DNA of 64,000 nucleotides from Wickerhamiella versatilis (Eukaryota). Numbering within the stretch: the first letter of the stretch is position 1; every line of letters starts with the position of its first letter. Where the stretch lies: assembly GCA_030867685.1 (NCBI GenBank), contig JAQOWU010000007.1:372001-436000 (forward strand). The letters are read 5' to 3'. The notes under the pieces are model-generated. The model did not search any database and was not told the origin of the DNA. It worked only from the letters and a program-made list of their open reading frames with translations. The translations under genes and the position numbers were made by a program. Shown here piece by piece: positions 53,294 through 63,458 of the stretch.

Positions 53294-53428
53294 GAGCTTT
53301 TCTTACTTATAGAACAACATATATTTAAATGGTAGTATTATCCCCGCTAAAGTCAATTATTTGAGACATAAATATTCATAACGCTCTGCTTGATGAATCG
53401 TCCCAGTTGAATTAGTAACTGAGTATAA

Positions 53429-54037
53429 ATGAGAGATGTACAAATTGTCTGGGCTCATCCGCGGGAAAACTCTTTGACAGCTGCAGTGGTTTCTGCAGTT
53501 AGTGAGGAGCTTAAGAAACATCATTTCTCTGTAACCGAGCTTGATTTGTATCGCACGGGGTTTAGACCCATCTTGGAGGCTGCTGATGAGCCTGACTGGG
53601 CGGACTGTTCTAAGGTGTATTCTGATGACATTATGAAGTTAGCAAATGACCTGAAAAGCAAAGATTCAGTCATTTTCGTATTTCCTGTGTGGTGGTATTC
53701 GGTCCCAGCCATTATGAAGGGGTACATCGATCGAGTCTGGAACCACGGTCTGGCCTATGGACCCAAGCAATTGTTTCGATTGAGCAGCGTGTTCTGGATT
53801 GGATTAATGGGAACAACTGAGCAGAATTGTGCAGCGCTTGGCCTAAACACTAGTATGGAGACTCAGCTCAATGTGGGAATTGCTGAATTTTGCGGTATCA
53901 AGGATAGTGAGACGCTGATTCTCTACGAAACAGTTGCTGAGCAAGGCACGTACTCAAGAGAGCATTACTTAAGAATAATTAGCAATGCTCGGGAACGCAT
54001 TGCTGAATGGGCAAGAGCTCTCACAAATAATTTATAG
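53429..54037 (+). CDS. Flavodoxin-fold NAD(P)H:quinone oxidoreductase, bacterial YcaK-like
   Basis: VWAHPRENSLT, ELDLYR, DEPDW, FPVWWYSVPAIMKGYIDRVWNHGLAYG closely follow E. coli YcaK as recalled. Confidence 0.88.
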   Translation: MRDVQIVWAHPRENSLTAAVVSAVSEELKKHHFSVTELDLYRTGFRPILEAADEPDWADCSKVYSDDIMKLANDLKSKDSVIFVFPVWWYSVPAIMKGYIDRVWNHGLAYGPKQLFRLSSVFWIGLMGTTEQNCAALGLNTSMETQLNVGIAEFCGIKDSETLILYETVAEQGTYSREHYLRIISNARERIAEWARALTNNL

Positions 54038-54136
54038 TATTTAATTCGGTACCGATTTCTCACGTCGTCCTCTAAACTCACTAGGAGACTTATTTAGTAT
54101 ATTTAGAAATAAAAAAAATAGCTATTGGGTACTCGC

Positions 54137-55309
54137 TTAAGCAGCTACCCTGATAGGGCCACCGAGAATTGTCTTACGTATTCCCATCATAATTGTATCA
54201 CCTGTTTCCTCCGCTAGTTCTTGATACCAAGAGTCCGTTGTCTCTGCATCTTTTCCATGCGTTATCTCATTACGATGGCGAGCCCTTCTTACGATAGAGG
54301 CAACGCGCTCTACCCGGGCTTGGTTGTAAGCGGTAAGAGCTTCGCCAATATTGTTCTTGCACTTCTCCAGGCACTGGGACAAAACCCATCCGTCCTCAAT
54401 AGCTTGAACACCACCTTGACCAAGATCTGGTGACATTGCATGGGCAGCGTCTCCGATCAATGCAACGCCCTGGTCAGTAAGATTATCCAGAGGTTTAATA
54501 TCATGAACTTCCACACGTGCTATTGTTGAGGGATCCATAACATCGATAAGCTCTTGGACAGGCCTTGCCCATCCTTTGAAATGGTAGGACAACTCACTCT
54601 TGTATTTCGCTGGGTCATTTTCGCTTCCCAAAGCAAGTGGGACGTCGAAAAAGAAGTAGTGCCAGCCTTGACCCATAGGCATCAATGATACTCTTTTGCC
54701 ATCACCAACATACTGAACCCATTCGCCATCTGGCATAATGCCCTCACCGAGCTTGACGCGTCCATTCCAGTTCACGTACCCACTATACTGGCGGTCAACC
54801 TTCCTTCCTGCTACTTGATTCCTTAGGGTAGAATGTGTACCATCCGCACCTATAAGAAGGTCTGCATCGACGCTATCACCGTCATCGAACAATACTTCAA
54901 CTCTTCCGTTAGCTTTTTCCCGGTAACCTACGCACTGTTTCCCCAAGATCACATCGGCATCTGCCTTTTCTAGAAGCACGCGCTGCAGTTCAGTACGTGC
55001 AATTGGCTTGGCTGCCCTACCTACAGACTCATACAGTGGAGCAAGGCTGAATTGGGTCAGCTTTTTCCCGTTCTTATTATGATAACTCATACTTTCCAGG
55101 TTCCCGCTGGCATCGTCAATAGCGTCACCTAATCCCAAAGCATCTAGAACGAGCACACCATTACTCCATACCGATATGGCGGATCCTGCTGGTCGTAACG
55201 CCTGCACACGGTCGAATAGCCTAACCTTGTGGCCATGTTGCCGAAGAGCGATGGCGGTCGCCAGACCTCCGATTCCAGCCCCAGCGATCACAATATCAAG
55301 CGAACTCAT
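54137..55309 (-). CDS. hpxO: FAD-dependent urate hydroxylase, bacterial type
   Basis: AISVWSNG, TQFSLAPL, YSGYVNWNG, GKRVSLMP, FFFDVPL, GQGG, ITHGKD...WYQELAEETG...ILGGP; collinear with Klebsiella HpxO as recalled. Confidence 0.9.
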   Translation of the reverse strand: MSSLDIVIAGAGIGGLATAIALRQHGHKVRLFDRVQALRPAGSAISVWSNGVLVLDALGLGDAIDDASGNLESMSYHNKNGKKLTQFSLAPLYESVGRAAKPIARTELQRVLLEKADADVILGKQCVGYREKANGRVEVLFDDGDSVDADLLIGADGTHSTLRNQVAGRKVDRQYSGYVNWNGRVKLGEGIMPDGEWVQYVGDGKRVSLMPMGQGWHYFFFDVPLALGSENDPAKYKSELSYHFKGWARPVQELIDVMDPSTIARVEVHDIKPLDNLTDQGVALIGDAAHAMSPDLGQGGVQAIEDGWVLSQCLEKCKNNIGEALTAYNQARVERVASIVRRARHRNEITHGKDAETTDSWYQELAEETGDTIMMGIRKTILGGPIRVAA

Positions 55310-56100
55310 ATTTTAGTGTTTTAGTTGGTACAGATTTGGAGGGGAAAGGCCTAATTTATAGTTTCTCCCACATGCTATGAAAAATGGACATAACTCCGCG
55401 GAAAGGGCGAATTTTGGTCTGGGAGATTGATCCTGATGATGTAATCACGACTCGTTCGAGCTCACCATCGATAAGTCTGATATCTGATGCGTCTGGCAAT
55501 TGATCCTAAATACTATTTGATTTTGAGCACTTGTCTTATTTCGATGTATATATGACGGTGCCCTGTTATCCGATTCATAAAAGTCATTTTAACTACTTAT
55601 CTCTACGTCACAGCGAGCTTACCCCATGTCAAAGCGATAACCGTGTCGTATTAGGAACGAAAATATCTGGTATTCTGTATAATCCAGATTTTCAAATAGA
55701 TAACAACGGGTCGCTTACACAAGTAAAAAGACCGCGGTGGCCGCTGAATCTTGAGATGTTGAAATCCACTGGGAGTTTACATAACTTCTGATACATTGAT
55801 TTCTCTCATCCAATCTGTAGCTAGTCTGGTTGGATGGCCTGGTCCTGTTCATATATAGTTGTATGTGATATGAATAAATAGCTGGAGTGGCGAAGAGTGA
55901 CAGGATAATGTAGGCATCTCATCTTGAAATACGAGAATAGGTTTGAACTCGGGTCAGTAAAAGGACCTAATCCGTGGTCGGATACGAACGGATATATGCT
56001 TTAGCACCAACAATTCAATACACCATCAGTACTTTATCAAGGATAACATTCAATTATGACTGTAACTTTTTATGTTATGTTTCTAATAGTTACTATCATC

Positions 56101-57696
56101 TTATAATGGATAAATAAACGTCTTATCCTCAAGATCTGTCAGGTCTAAAATAGCCATGTCCACCGCGCGTTTATTGCCATCTTCATCGTCAATCAGTCCG
56201 ATCTTATGACTATTTTCCTTTTTTCGCTGGCGATTACGTCTCGCCAACACGAACCATACAATCCCAATCAGTCCAGGTGCTACCGAGAAAGACAGTACAA
56301 TCTGGACTACCCACGCGGGAAGGAAACGAGGACCATCCTTATCCTGCCATAGCTGGGGGGATATTATATTTGAAATTGAATAGCTTCCTAATGCCATTGC
56401 ATTGCGTACCAGCCTCTTGGTATAAGAAGATCCTGCAGTCGATGATGCTAGGCCAAAAGCACATATCCAGGCAACACCAAAGCTTTGAGATGCAAGACAA
56501 ATACCTGCCAAGATACCTATTGTGTTGGTGTAGGGCAAACTAATAGCAACAACGGATCCCACCCACGAAGGCAGCAATGACCAAATAAGCGTGAGACAGG
56601 TTGTATTAGGGAAGAGAAACATGGCAATTGCGGCAAGTATTGCCCATACCACGGCGTAACCAGCCCCCGCAACGGTTATGAGTGTGGAGTCGAGATTTGA
56701 AATGCCCCCCATATTGTTATAGAGAATAGTTTGCTGATATGTGAGATTATTTGCCAGCTGTTGAAGCAAAAAAAATCCTGAGATCAGCCACGATATCGGA
56801 TCTTTTATGGCTTCTATGGCGTGCGGATACTTGAATTTACTTTGCTGAATCGTGTTATGCTGGGTCCGATGAACTCGGCGTACCACCCAGACCCGTTCAT
56901 CATTCGTCAAGAATCGAGCATTGGTTGGGTTATCTGGATATAAAAACCAGAGCAGAACAGTTACGATTAGACTGAGACCACCAATAATTATATTCAATAC
57001 CCGGTAATCACCAAAGGTGGTGTGGGCAAAAAAAGTACCGTACGCTATAAAGCCGATGGGTATTGGGGAGAACATACAGGCCGCATAAAAAATTGGCTGC
57101 GTGGCAGCTCTTTCATTTTTGGTCATAAACTGGCCGTTGGAGGTGGTCAATATGTTAATAGCCGGTGACTCCACCACGCCTAAGAAGAAGCGTAGCATTA
57201 ATACACCCGGAAAGTTGTATGCAGCACATATCAAAAATACGAGTACAGTCCAAAAAAAGCAAACCCCAACCAGAAGCTTCGAGAGTGGGAGGTGTTGGAT
57301 CAGCCATATACTAGGAATTTGTCCTACGAAGAACCCAACATAGAACAAGGTATTACAGTCATTGTACGTATCTTGGTTTAATCCTGTATGTTCCCAAAGG
57401 CCTGAGATCGCGCTGTATGACAGAGTTGCCTTATCCATGTACAGTACAAGGTTAACTAGAAAAGTTAGTGAGAGGATTCTCGAAACAACCTTCCTTCCTA
57501 ATCTGCGGTCTTCCTCCGGGCTAAGCTCTCGAACCTGGGGATCCCATTCTTTCATAAATGCCAAGGTATCGTCCACCGAAGTTGGATCGGCAATGTCAAT
57601 GTTTTCTGTCTCTGCAACTTCTTCGGGGGTAGAGACAGGATCTAGATTGGATATTGGCTGCTTTCCCTCATCACCAGGATCATATTGCAGGCTCAT
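56101..57696 (-). CDS. YCT1: Dal5-family MFS transporter, high-affinity cysteine transporter Yct1 orthologue
   Basis: TLAFM, LYMDKATLSY, NTLFYVGF, FFLLQQLANNL.YQQ, PRFLPAWVVQIVLSF, DLTDLE.KTFIYPL match S. cerevisiae Yct1 as recalled. Confidence 0.87.
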   Translation of the reverse strand: MSLQYDPGDEGKQPISNLDPVSTPEEVAETENIDIADPTSVDDTLAFMKEWDPQVRELSPEEDRRLGRKVVSRILSLTFLVNLVLYMDKATLSYSAISGLWEHTGLNQDTYNDCNTLFYVGFFVGQIPSIWLIQHLPLSKLLVGVCFFWTVLVFLICAAYNFPGVLMLRFFLGVVESPAINILTTSNGQFMTKNERAATQPIFYAACMFSPIPIGFIAYGTFFAHTTFGDYRVLNIIIGGLSLIVTVLLWFLYPDNPTNARFLTNDERVWVVRRVHRTQHNTIQQSKFKYPHAIEAIKDPISWLISGFFLLQQLANNLTYQQTILYNNMGGISNLDSTLITVAGAGYAVVWAILAAIAMFLFPNTTCLTLIWSLLPSWVGSVVAISLPYTNTIGILAGICLASQSFGVAWICAFGLASSTAGSSYTKRLVRNAMALGSYSISNIISPQLWQDKDGPRFLPAWVVQIVLSFSVAPGLIGIVWFVLARRNRQRKKENSHKIGLIDDEDGNKRAVDMAILDLTDLEDKTFIYPL

Positions 57697-57747
57697 ATAT
57701 TATATAATTTTATGTATGGGAGTCATTTATCTTTCTCTGACGTTCGG

Positions 57748-57755
57748 TCACGTGA
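57748..57755. promoter_or_regulatory. Cbf1-type palindrome TCACGTGA upstream of YCT1
   Basis: Perfect CDEI/Cbf1 consensus 52 bp upstream of the YCT1 ATG. Confidence 0.6.
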
Positions 57756-57934
57756 AGTGACGATAACATTGAATCTTCGTATCCTCGCCTCTAATAATGA
57801 CTTTTGAACTAAGTAGAGAATCTATAGGATGGTCAAGATTTTATTAATATAACCAGGATAAAAAAGAATATCAATCATATGAGGAGGATTTTTGAGTGCG
57901 TGCCTTTTTACGGTCAAAAATGTCAGCAGCATTT

Positions 57935-58867
57935 TTACTGTGAAGAGGCAGGTCTTCCTACACCCCCGCCTACGATTGCTGGACAAGGGCCATAAGAAGC
58001 ACCAATTTGAGTTTTCATGTAAAATCCGTCATGTGCACCCCAGTACAAAAAGTCACCTTCAAATAGGCCTAGGAGGTGATGGAGGTGAGTTGGACTAGCT
58101 GGACCAAACGGGTCCTCTGTATTAGAATAGTAGTGATAATCTGTTCCGTTTTCCGTCTTAATCCAAATCATTCCTGATGGATGAATAAAACCCCAAGCAG
58201 AAAATGGTACGCTAGGAACCCAGTCGTTGCCATTCCAGACACCCGTATATTTCGACACATCTGCGTTACCTTTGAATTTACTGTCGAATGCTGAGGCATA
58301 TGCCAAGTTGCCCACACGAGGTGGAGCAAAGCCGACAATCTTATCAATAACATCGCCAAACTCATGCTCTATTGCCAGAGCAGAGAGCTGCATGACTGAG
58401 CAACCCATACTATGCCCCGCTAATACCACCTTTTCGTTAGGATACTGCTGAAAAGCGGATTGCAATTCTGACTTGACATCATTCCAGGATTTTCTGAATT
58501 GCACAAGGAACCCATGGAATATCAGAGCATCACCAGGAATACCTAACTCTTCATCCGGTGGCCACATCATCAGATCAACGTCATGGATAATGTCGTCAAT
58601 ACTGGATGAATTCGTGCCCTCAAACGAAACGACAATCCCAAACTTGTCTGAGTGGTAAACATTGACCTTCTGCTCACTTTCCCCATAATCCAGCGATTTA
58701 AGAAGCTTGTCGGATCCAACGGTAAACTCTGATGAGCTGACGCTATTGCAGTAGGTATCCATAACTGTAGCTGCGAGCTCGGTGTAGTTTGATTCTTGCC
58801 AGAATGGTAGGCTGGTGGCATGTGCACAGGCACATATTATTGAAACAACATAGAGGAGAAATTGCAT
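57935..58867 (-). CDS. Secreted class 3 lipase
   Basis: Signal peptide from ATG 58867; FEGT, IFHGF, GHSMG nucleophile, PRVGN, DWVPSVP. Confidence 0.9.
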   Translation of the reverse strand: MQFLLYVVSIICACAHATSLPFWQESNYTELAATVMDTYCNSVSSSEFTVGSDKLLKSLDYGESEQKVNVYHSDKFGIVVSFEGTNSSSIDDIIHDVDLMMWPPDEELGIPGDALIFHGFLVQFRKSWNDVKSELQSAFQQYPNEKVVLAGHSMGCSVMQLSALAIEHEFGDVIDKIVGFAPPRVGNLAYASAFDSKFKGNADVSKYTGVWNGNDWVPSVPFSAWGFIHPSGMIWIKTENGTDYHYYSNTEDPFGPASPTHLHHLLGLFEGDFLYWGAHDGFYMKTQIGASYGPCPAIVGGGVGRPASSQ

Positions 58868-59202
58868 TCTTCCTTTCTGTTTGTCTGTATTTTGTGCAGG
58901 CACAGGAATTTTATAACATACTGCGGTATGATTTGCTAAGCCAAGTGATCGACATTGCCGGTGCAATTCGGTTCGGATATGCAACCAGGGGACCACGTGC
59001 TGCTGTGATTTTCGCAAGACAGGTCCACATGAGATTTAGAAAAAAGTAGATCTTGCATTCATCTATATATCGTAGTGAGCGTATGCGGATACTAGATACT
59101 CACAGTTTACCAGCACTCGTAGAATCTTTTTAACTTTCTATTCTATTTTGAAATATGCCATTACGTCATCCATATATAAAACAAATTCAACCTGGATTCA
59201 AT

Positions 59203-60447
59203 TTAATATTGATTTGACCTCGGAATCTCACCGCCGAGTACAGGAAGTAGATTCTCCAGAAGACAAGCATGATATTCCAATCGAAATTTGTCAAGGTGCT
59301 CACTACATCGGCACCGACATCCTACACCATTAATACTTTCCGTGTCAGGCTGACCAAGAGTCGAATCATATAGTACGTCAATCTGCTTAGTTGGTGCATT
59401 CCCAGGACATAACCCTAGGGTTGAATGTGCATAACCAATATCCCGGAAGTAGTGGATCTGTGAGGCATTGAGCATCATAGCCACCGCCAATGTATGGACT
59501 GGCGCGTCACCCCAGCGCTCAAACCAAAACCCACCTGCCTCTTCTAAAGCCTCGAAGTACTGCAAGTACAAAGGGCTGTTCCAAAGATCTACTCTCGCAA
59601 TTTCGAAGTTTGACCAAAAGTGACACATATTGAATACCTCGTTCGCCATGGGCTCACCATATGATGGATCGTTATCTTTGGCAGCTTTGTCCGTACTTAA
59701 TGCAACTGTTTTCCATAGATCCGTCTCTGGGACATCCCACTGTTTCCTGAATGCTTGAGTGACACGAAAAAGGTTTTCCACAGTTGATTTTATCTCCCGT
59801 ATGAATGCATTGAATCCATACCATTTACCATTACGTTCCATCTCTACGAAAACGTCATATGTCGTATCACAGAAGTATTCTACATCTGGCTCAACCCGCC
59901 AGTACCATTTATATTTCTTGACGAGAGGGTGTCTGAAGAAGAATCCACTGAAAAAACGACACATCTGGTGGTAGGATTTCTGGTCTCCATATGTCACATT
60001 ACGGTCAGCTTGAAATTGTAATGCATCATTGATCCAGCGGTCATCGATATTTTGTGGAAATTCCCAGTGGTCCGCTGGAATCACCCCAAACTCACATACG
60101 GATTCTGTTTCCTGGCGGATACGATTCATAAATTCTTCAGAAAATGGCTTGTCATTCAAAAACGTCCATGGATAATGAAACCATTTATTGAAATGGTCCT
60201 CCATGGATCTCACACTGTCTATAAGGCCGTCGATGTCTGAATTGCGGCTTAGTGCTAAGAGAGTAGCATTAGCTCTCGGTCCTCGCGTATCGGGCACACG
60301 ACAGCCTACAGCAAAAGGCTTGTCGTACTTACCACCCATACCGGGATGCAATACAATCTGAGATCTCTGTTTTTTATATCTAGATATGCTCAAGATGATC
60401 ACAAGTATACATATGAGTAGGTAAGAGCAAAGTCTTCGACATCGCAT
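59203..60447 (-). CDS. Kre2/Ktr family alpha-1,2-mannosyltransferase (GT15)
   Basis: Type II anchor; YPWTFLND, SYHQMCRFFSG, WYWRVEPDV, CHFWSNFEIA, ERWGDAPVH. Confidence 0.95.
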   Translation of the reverse strand: MRCRRLCSYLLICILVIILSISRYKKQRSQIVLHPGMGGKYDKPFAVGCRVPDTRGPRANATLLALSRNSDIDGLIDSVRSMEDHFNKWFHYPWTFLNDKPFSEEFMNRIRQETESVCEFGVIPADHWEFPQNIDDRWINDALQFQADRNVTYGDQKSYHQMCRFFSGFFFRHPLVKKYKWYWRVEPDVEYFCDTTYDVFVEMERNGKWYGFNAFIREIKSTVENLFRVTQAFRKQWDVPETDLWKTVALSTDKAAKDNDPSYGEPMANEVFNMCHFWSNFEIARVDLWNSPLYLQYFEALEEAGGFWFERWGDAPVHTLAVAMMLNASQIHYFRDIGYAHSTLGLCPGNAPTKQIDVLYDSTLGQPDTESINGVGCRCRCSEHLDKFRLEYHACLLENLLPVLGGEIPRSNQY

Positions 60448-61105
60448 GTATGCTTACAAATACTGAAACATGTTTCGCGCCGTTCACTGGAATATTTGTT
60501 GAGAGTATACTATGAGAATTCCATTTTTTCCTTTGTACTAAGGAAAAAGATCAAGATCATTCAAATAATCACATGACTCATCCATTGTGATGATACCGTG
60601 CTTCAGGATGAAGATTGGGAAAGGAAAGATGGAGCAGCCAAAAGTGCAGATTACATATGTTTTAAGAAAGTTTCCTTTCCTATGACTTCTTTTGATATCT
60701 AATCAATTTATTATTTCAGAACCATTACCGATGATATATTTGGTTCATACTGCAGAGTATTGCTATTTGCTCAAATAGGACTGAAAGGAGTTATTCAACA
60801 CGTCAACGCCGTGAAACGTCACCCTCCAAGCCTAAATTGTCTTGCGGAGAGAACACTTACTTGCTTGCGGCAAAGCTGATGCCACTCTATTAGTAACATA
60901 CGCCTCGCCAAAGTCGGGGATAAGCACCAAGAAATGATGTTAATTTGTGCACGTGCAAAGTTCTAAGGATCTATTTCAGTTAACACTTAAAACTTTTGCA
61001 GAGGTTTTGGTGATACCTTTGGGTACAATACGATAGGTACCTGAGTATGACTACGCACACGTGCCTATAAGGGTAAGTCGTTATTAGCAACTTTCTCCTT
61101 ATTAA

Positions 61106-61342
61106 ATGGACAAGCCAAAACAAATTGGAAGCCGAAGAAATGCCCCAATTTGCCAAGGATGCTTTATGAAGGGTGTGAAGTGTAGTGGTAGTAAACCTGA
61201 ATGCAAGAGATGCATCAAGAAAAGGCTAAAATGCGTATATCCAGTGGAAACCAACCCCGGTGACGAGGACAATATATCTTTTTTGTTTTCATTAAACTTA
61301 TTTGTGCAGCTTGCATTGTACATGGATGCCGAAGACAATTAG
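61106..61342 (+). pseudogene. Zn2Cys6 DNA-binding-domain-only ORF (truncated TF)
   Basis: CQGCFMKGVKCSGSKPECKRCIKKRLKCVY with all six Cys; stop after 78 aa. Confidence 0.7.
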
Positions 61343-61722
61343 CATTGGCCGCCTCAACGAAAAGTGTTATTCTTTCGTTGAGTCGTAAGAAAGGCTTGAA
61401 GTCGAGGAAATTGGATATTATGGTCCTCAAAGTTGCTTCTGCCGTTCTGCATCGCGCTCAATTGGTTCCGTCACACCATTAATTTATATTGAGAAGAACA
61501 TCAAATGAAAATGCATATACCACACCATTACGCTGTGCTATGACGTATTTTATGATGCCGTAAGTTATGACCTTTGCTATCTCTTGGCATGAAAGTAATG
61601 CGCGCAGGTTATTTAAGCAGTGAATAAAGCAAATTATAGGATGAATTTGGTTAAACATGATGTGCTACGCCTCGCAGTGTGAAATTTATAGAATTAGAGA
61701 TATTGTTTATTGATACAGGCCA

Positions 61723-62943
61723 TTAGTAAGGGTATACGCTAGAGTTCCGGGCACAATAAGTGCTCCAATCGAGTACCAATGCGGAATACATCTTCTCAAA
61801 TAATGCAGGGGTATCCACGCTATTCACATATGTGGCATTGGCCCATCTTCCTCGTTTGGGCTTAAGGTTGCTGGGCCACATCCTCATATTACCATAGAAG
61901 GGGCTATCATATGAGGTGTCCACAGCCACAGAGACATTCATAGAATTCGTAATATATTCTGGGAAGGCCATGAATGCTGAAACTGCTTCGTCCCAAAGCG
62001 GGATAGTGACGTCAGATGCATTGCCGGTGCCAATAAAGCTGCTGATAGCGAATAGCGCTGGGTCTTCAGTAATGTTATCATAACTAAATTCTTCAATAAG
62101 TTTGTCAAACATATCCTGTGGCGGAAAAATATAGTTAGTAACATTTCCACCGATATAAACCTGCTTGAATCCTGCAGTCAACACTTTTTCAGCTGCTTCT
62201 GGGTCAAACATAAGGTTGAAATCAGTGTTGATGTCATTGTTCGTATCCCCTCCTGTAACTTGGGCGTATTGGTTGTCAATATAACCACCCATGATCCATA
62301 GTGCTTTCACATTCTTGACAAAGTCCGGCCACATACTTACAGCTTGTGCGACCGTGGTCATGAGACCTGCAGCAAAGATCTCTAGCTCGCCAGGATACTC
62401 ACGGGCGGCTTGAATTAGCGCCATCGCTGCTGGGATATCTTTATTGTAGTTGACATCGCTCTGATTATACGTGTCCTTGTATCCCTCGCTCCATGCTCCT
62501 TTCCACACAAATTCTCCAAAAAGCTCCTCCCAAACTTCAAACGTATTTTCATTGCGGAGAAACGGCTGAGCTGCTCCGGCGTAAAGCGGAATGCAATCCG
62601 ATATGCTGTAGTTAGCCAGTACATCTGCCGCTTGTCCGAGTGCGTTAGGAAGAGAGGTATCCCCAAAACTCCCTGAGATGCCAACAACCTTCATACCGCT
62701 CAGAAGAGGCAGGATCAGGTTAAGCGGTGTAAGTCCATCATTGTCTATGAAGACTTTACGCTCTTTAGGTGGTGATACGGTTGTATTCAAAGGATAAGAA
62801 CAATTTGACAGGGTATAGTTGGATGTAAAATTGCCGAATTGCGTAGAGCAGTTACTAACCGTGCCGTTGCTAATTGTAAAATTGAAACTTGCAGCAGCAA
62901 AGGGCAGAGCAGCCAGTGTAGCCGTGAATATGCCCATCACCAT
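61723..62943 (-). CDS. Secreted inosine/uridine-preferring nucleoside hydrolase family protein
   Basis: Signal peptide; VFIDND, LWIMGG, DFNLMFDPEAA, LWDE. Confidence 0.85.
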   Translation of the reverse strand: MVMGIFTATLAALPFAAASFNFTISNGTVSNCSTQFGNFTSNYTLSNCSYPLNTTVSPPKERKVFIDNDGLTPLNLILPLLSGMKVVGISGSFGDTSLPNALGQAADVLANYSISDCIPLYAGAAQPFLRNENTFEVWEELFGEFVWKGAWSEGYKDTYNQSDVNYNKDIPAAMALIQAAREYPGELEIFAAGLMTTVAQAVSMWPDFVKNVKALWIMGGYIDNQYAQVTGGDTNNDINTDFNLMFDPEAAEKVLTAGFKQVYIGGNVTNYIFPPQDMFDKLIEEFSYDNITEDPALFAISSFIGTGNASDVTIPLWDEAVSAFMAFPEYITNSMNVSVAVDTSYDSPFYGNMRMWPSNLKPKRGRWANATYVNSVDTPALFEKMYSALVLDWSTYCARNSSVYPY

Positions 62944-63434
62944 TCTAGTTGTTAACTTCGATTCTTATGCAGTAGCGACCCTTATATAGGGTTGTTTCGG
63001 TAAGCTTACGAATGACTAACAATAAGTATAATGTCATGATCAACAAGCATTTTCGATCCGTGCTTGCCTAGAAGGAGAAGGAGGGAAGGCAAACAAAATA
63101 TCTTGAAATCTAAGTCTTGGAAAATGTTATACGATTAATATCCAGAAGTGCAAGTTGTAGCGTCTATAAAGATTCGAACCATGCTCAAATGCGTGATTTA
63201 CATGTTATTCCCTTTTAGGATATATATAATTAGTCAGATGGCCCCGGAAAGAAATTTCCGGGGGCAGTCTGAAGGATACAGAGAGGTTAAATCTTGTATA
63301 TAGGATACCTTTAGGAAAAAAATAAAGCAAGATCTGTATCAGGCCACAATAGATACCATACAAATGCACCAAAACATTTTTTCTTTTGTTTCTTCTATGC
63401 ATATGCATTAAAATAATTACGTAACCTAGATAAA

Positions 63435-63458
63435 CCACTTCACTACCAGAGACTGGTT
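63435..63458 (+). repeat. Dispersed intergenic element, copy C (CCACTTCACTACCAGAGACTGGTT)
   Basis: 22 of 24 positions match copy A. Confidence 0.85.

Noticed and set aside
55531-56010. 86-aa ORF and a weak CATCCAA...TTGGATG hairpin
   Set aside because: No recognisable homology; a 7-bp stem is expected by chance
54137-57696. hpxO plus Dal5-family transporter as a urate/allantoate cluster
   Set aside because: The transporter matches the cysteine transporter Yct1 and has a Cbf1 site, so the adjacency is probably incidental
127-62687. Many 60-130 aa ORFs overlapping long genes
   Set aside because: Antisense or alternative-frame shadows of real CDSs with no motifs
19995-63458. Dispersed 25-mer as a CRISPR repeat
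   Set aside because: Copies are kilobases apart in both orientations, with no spacer array and no cas genes, in a eukaryotic context
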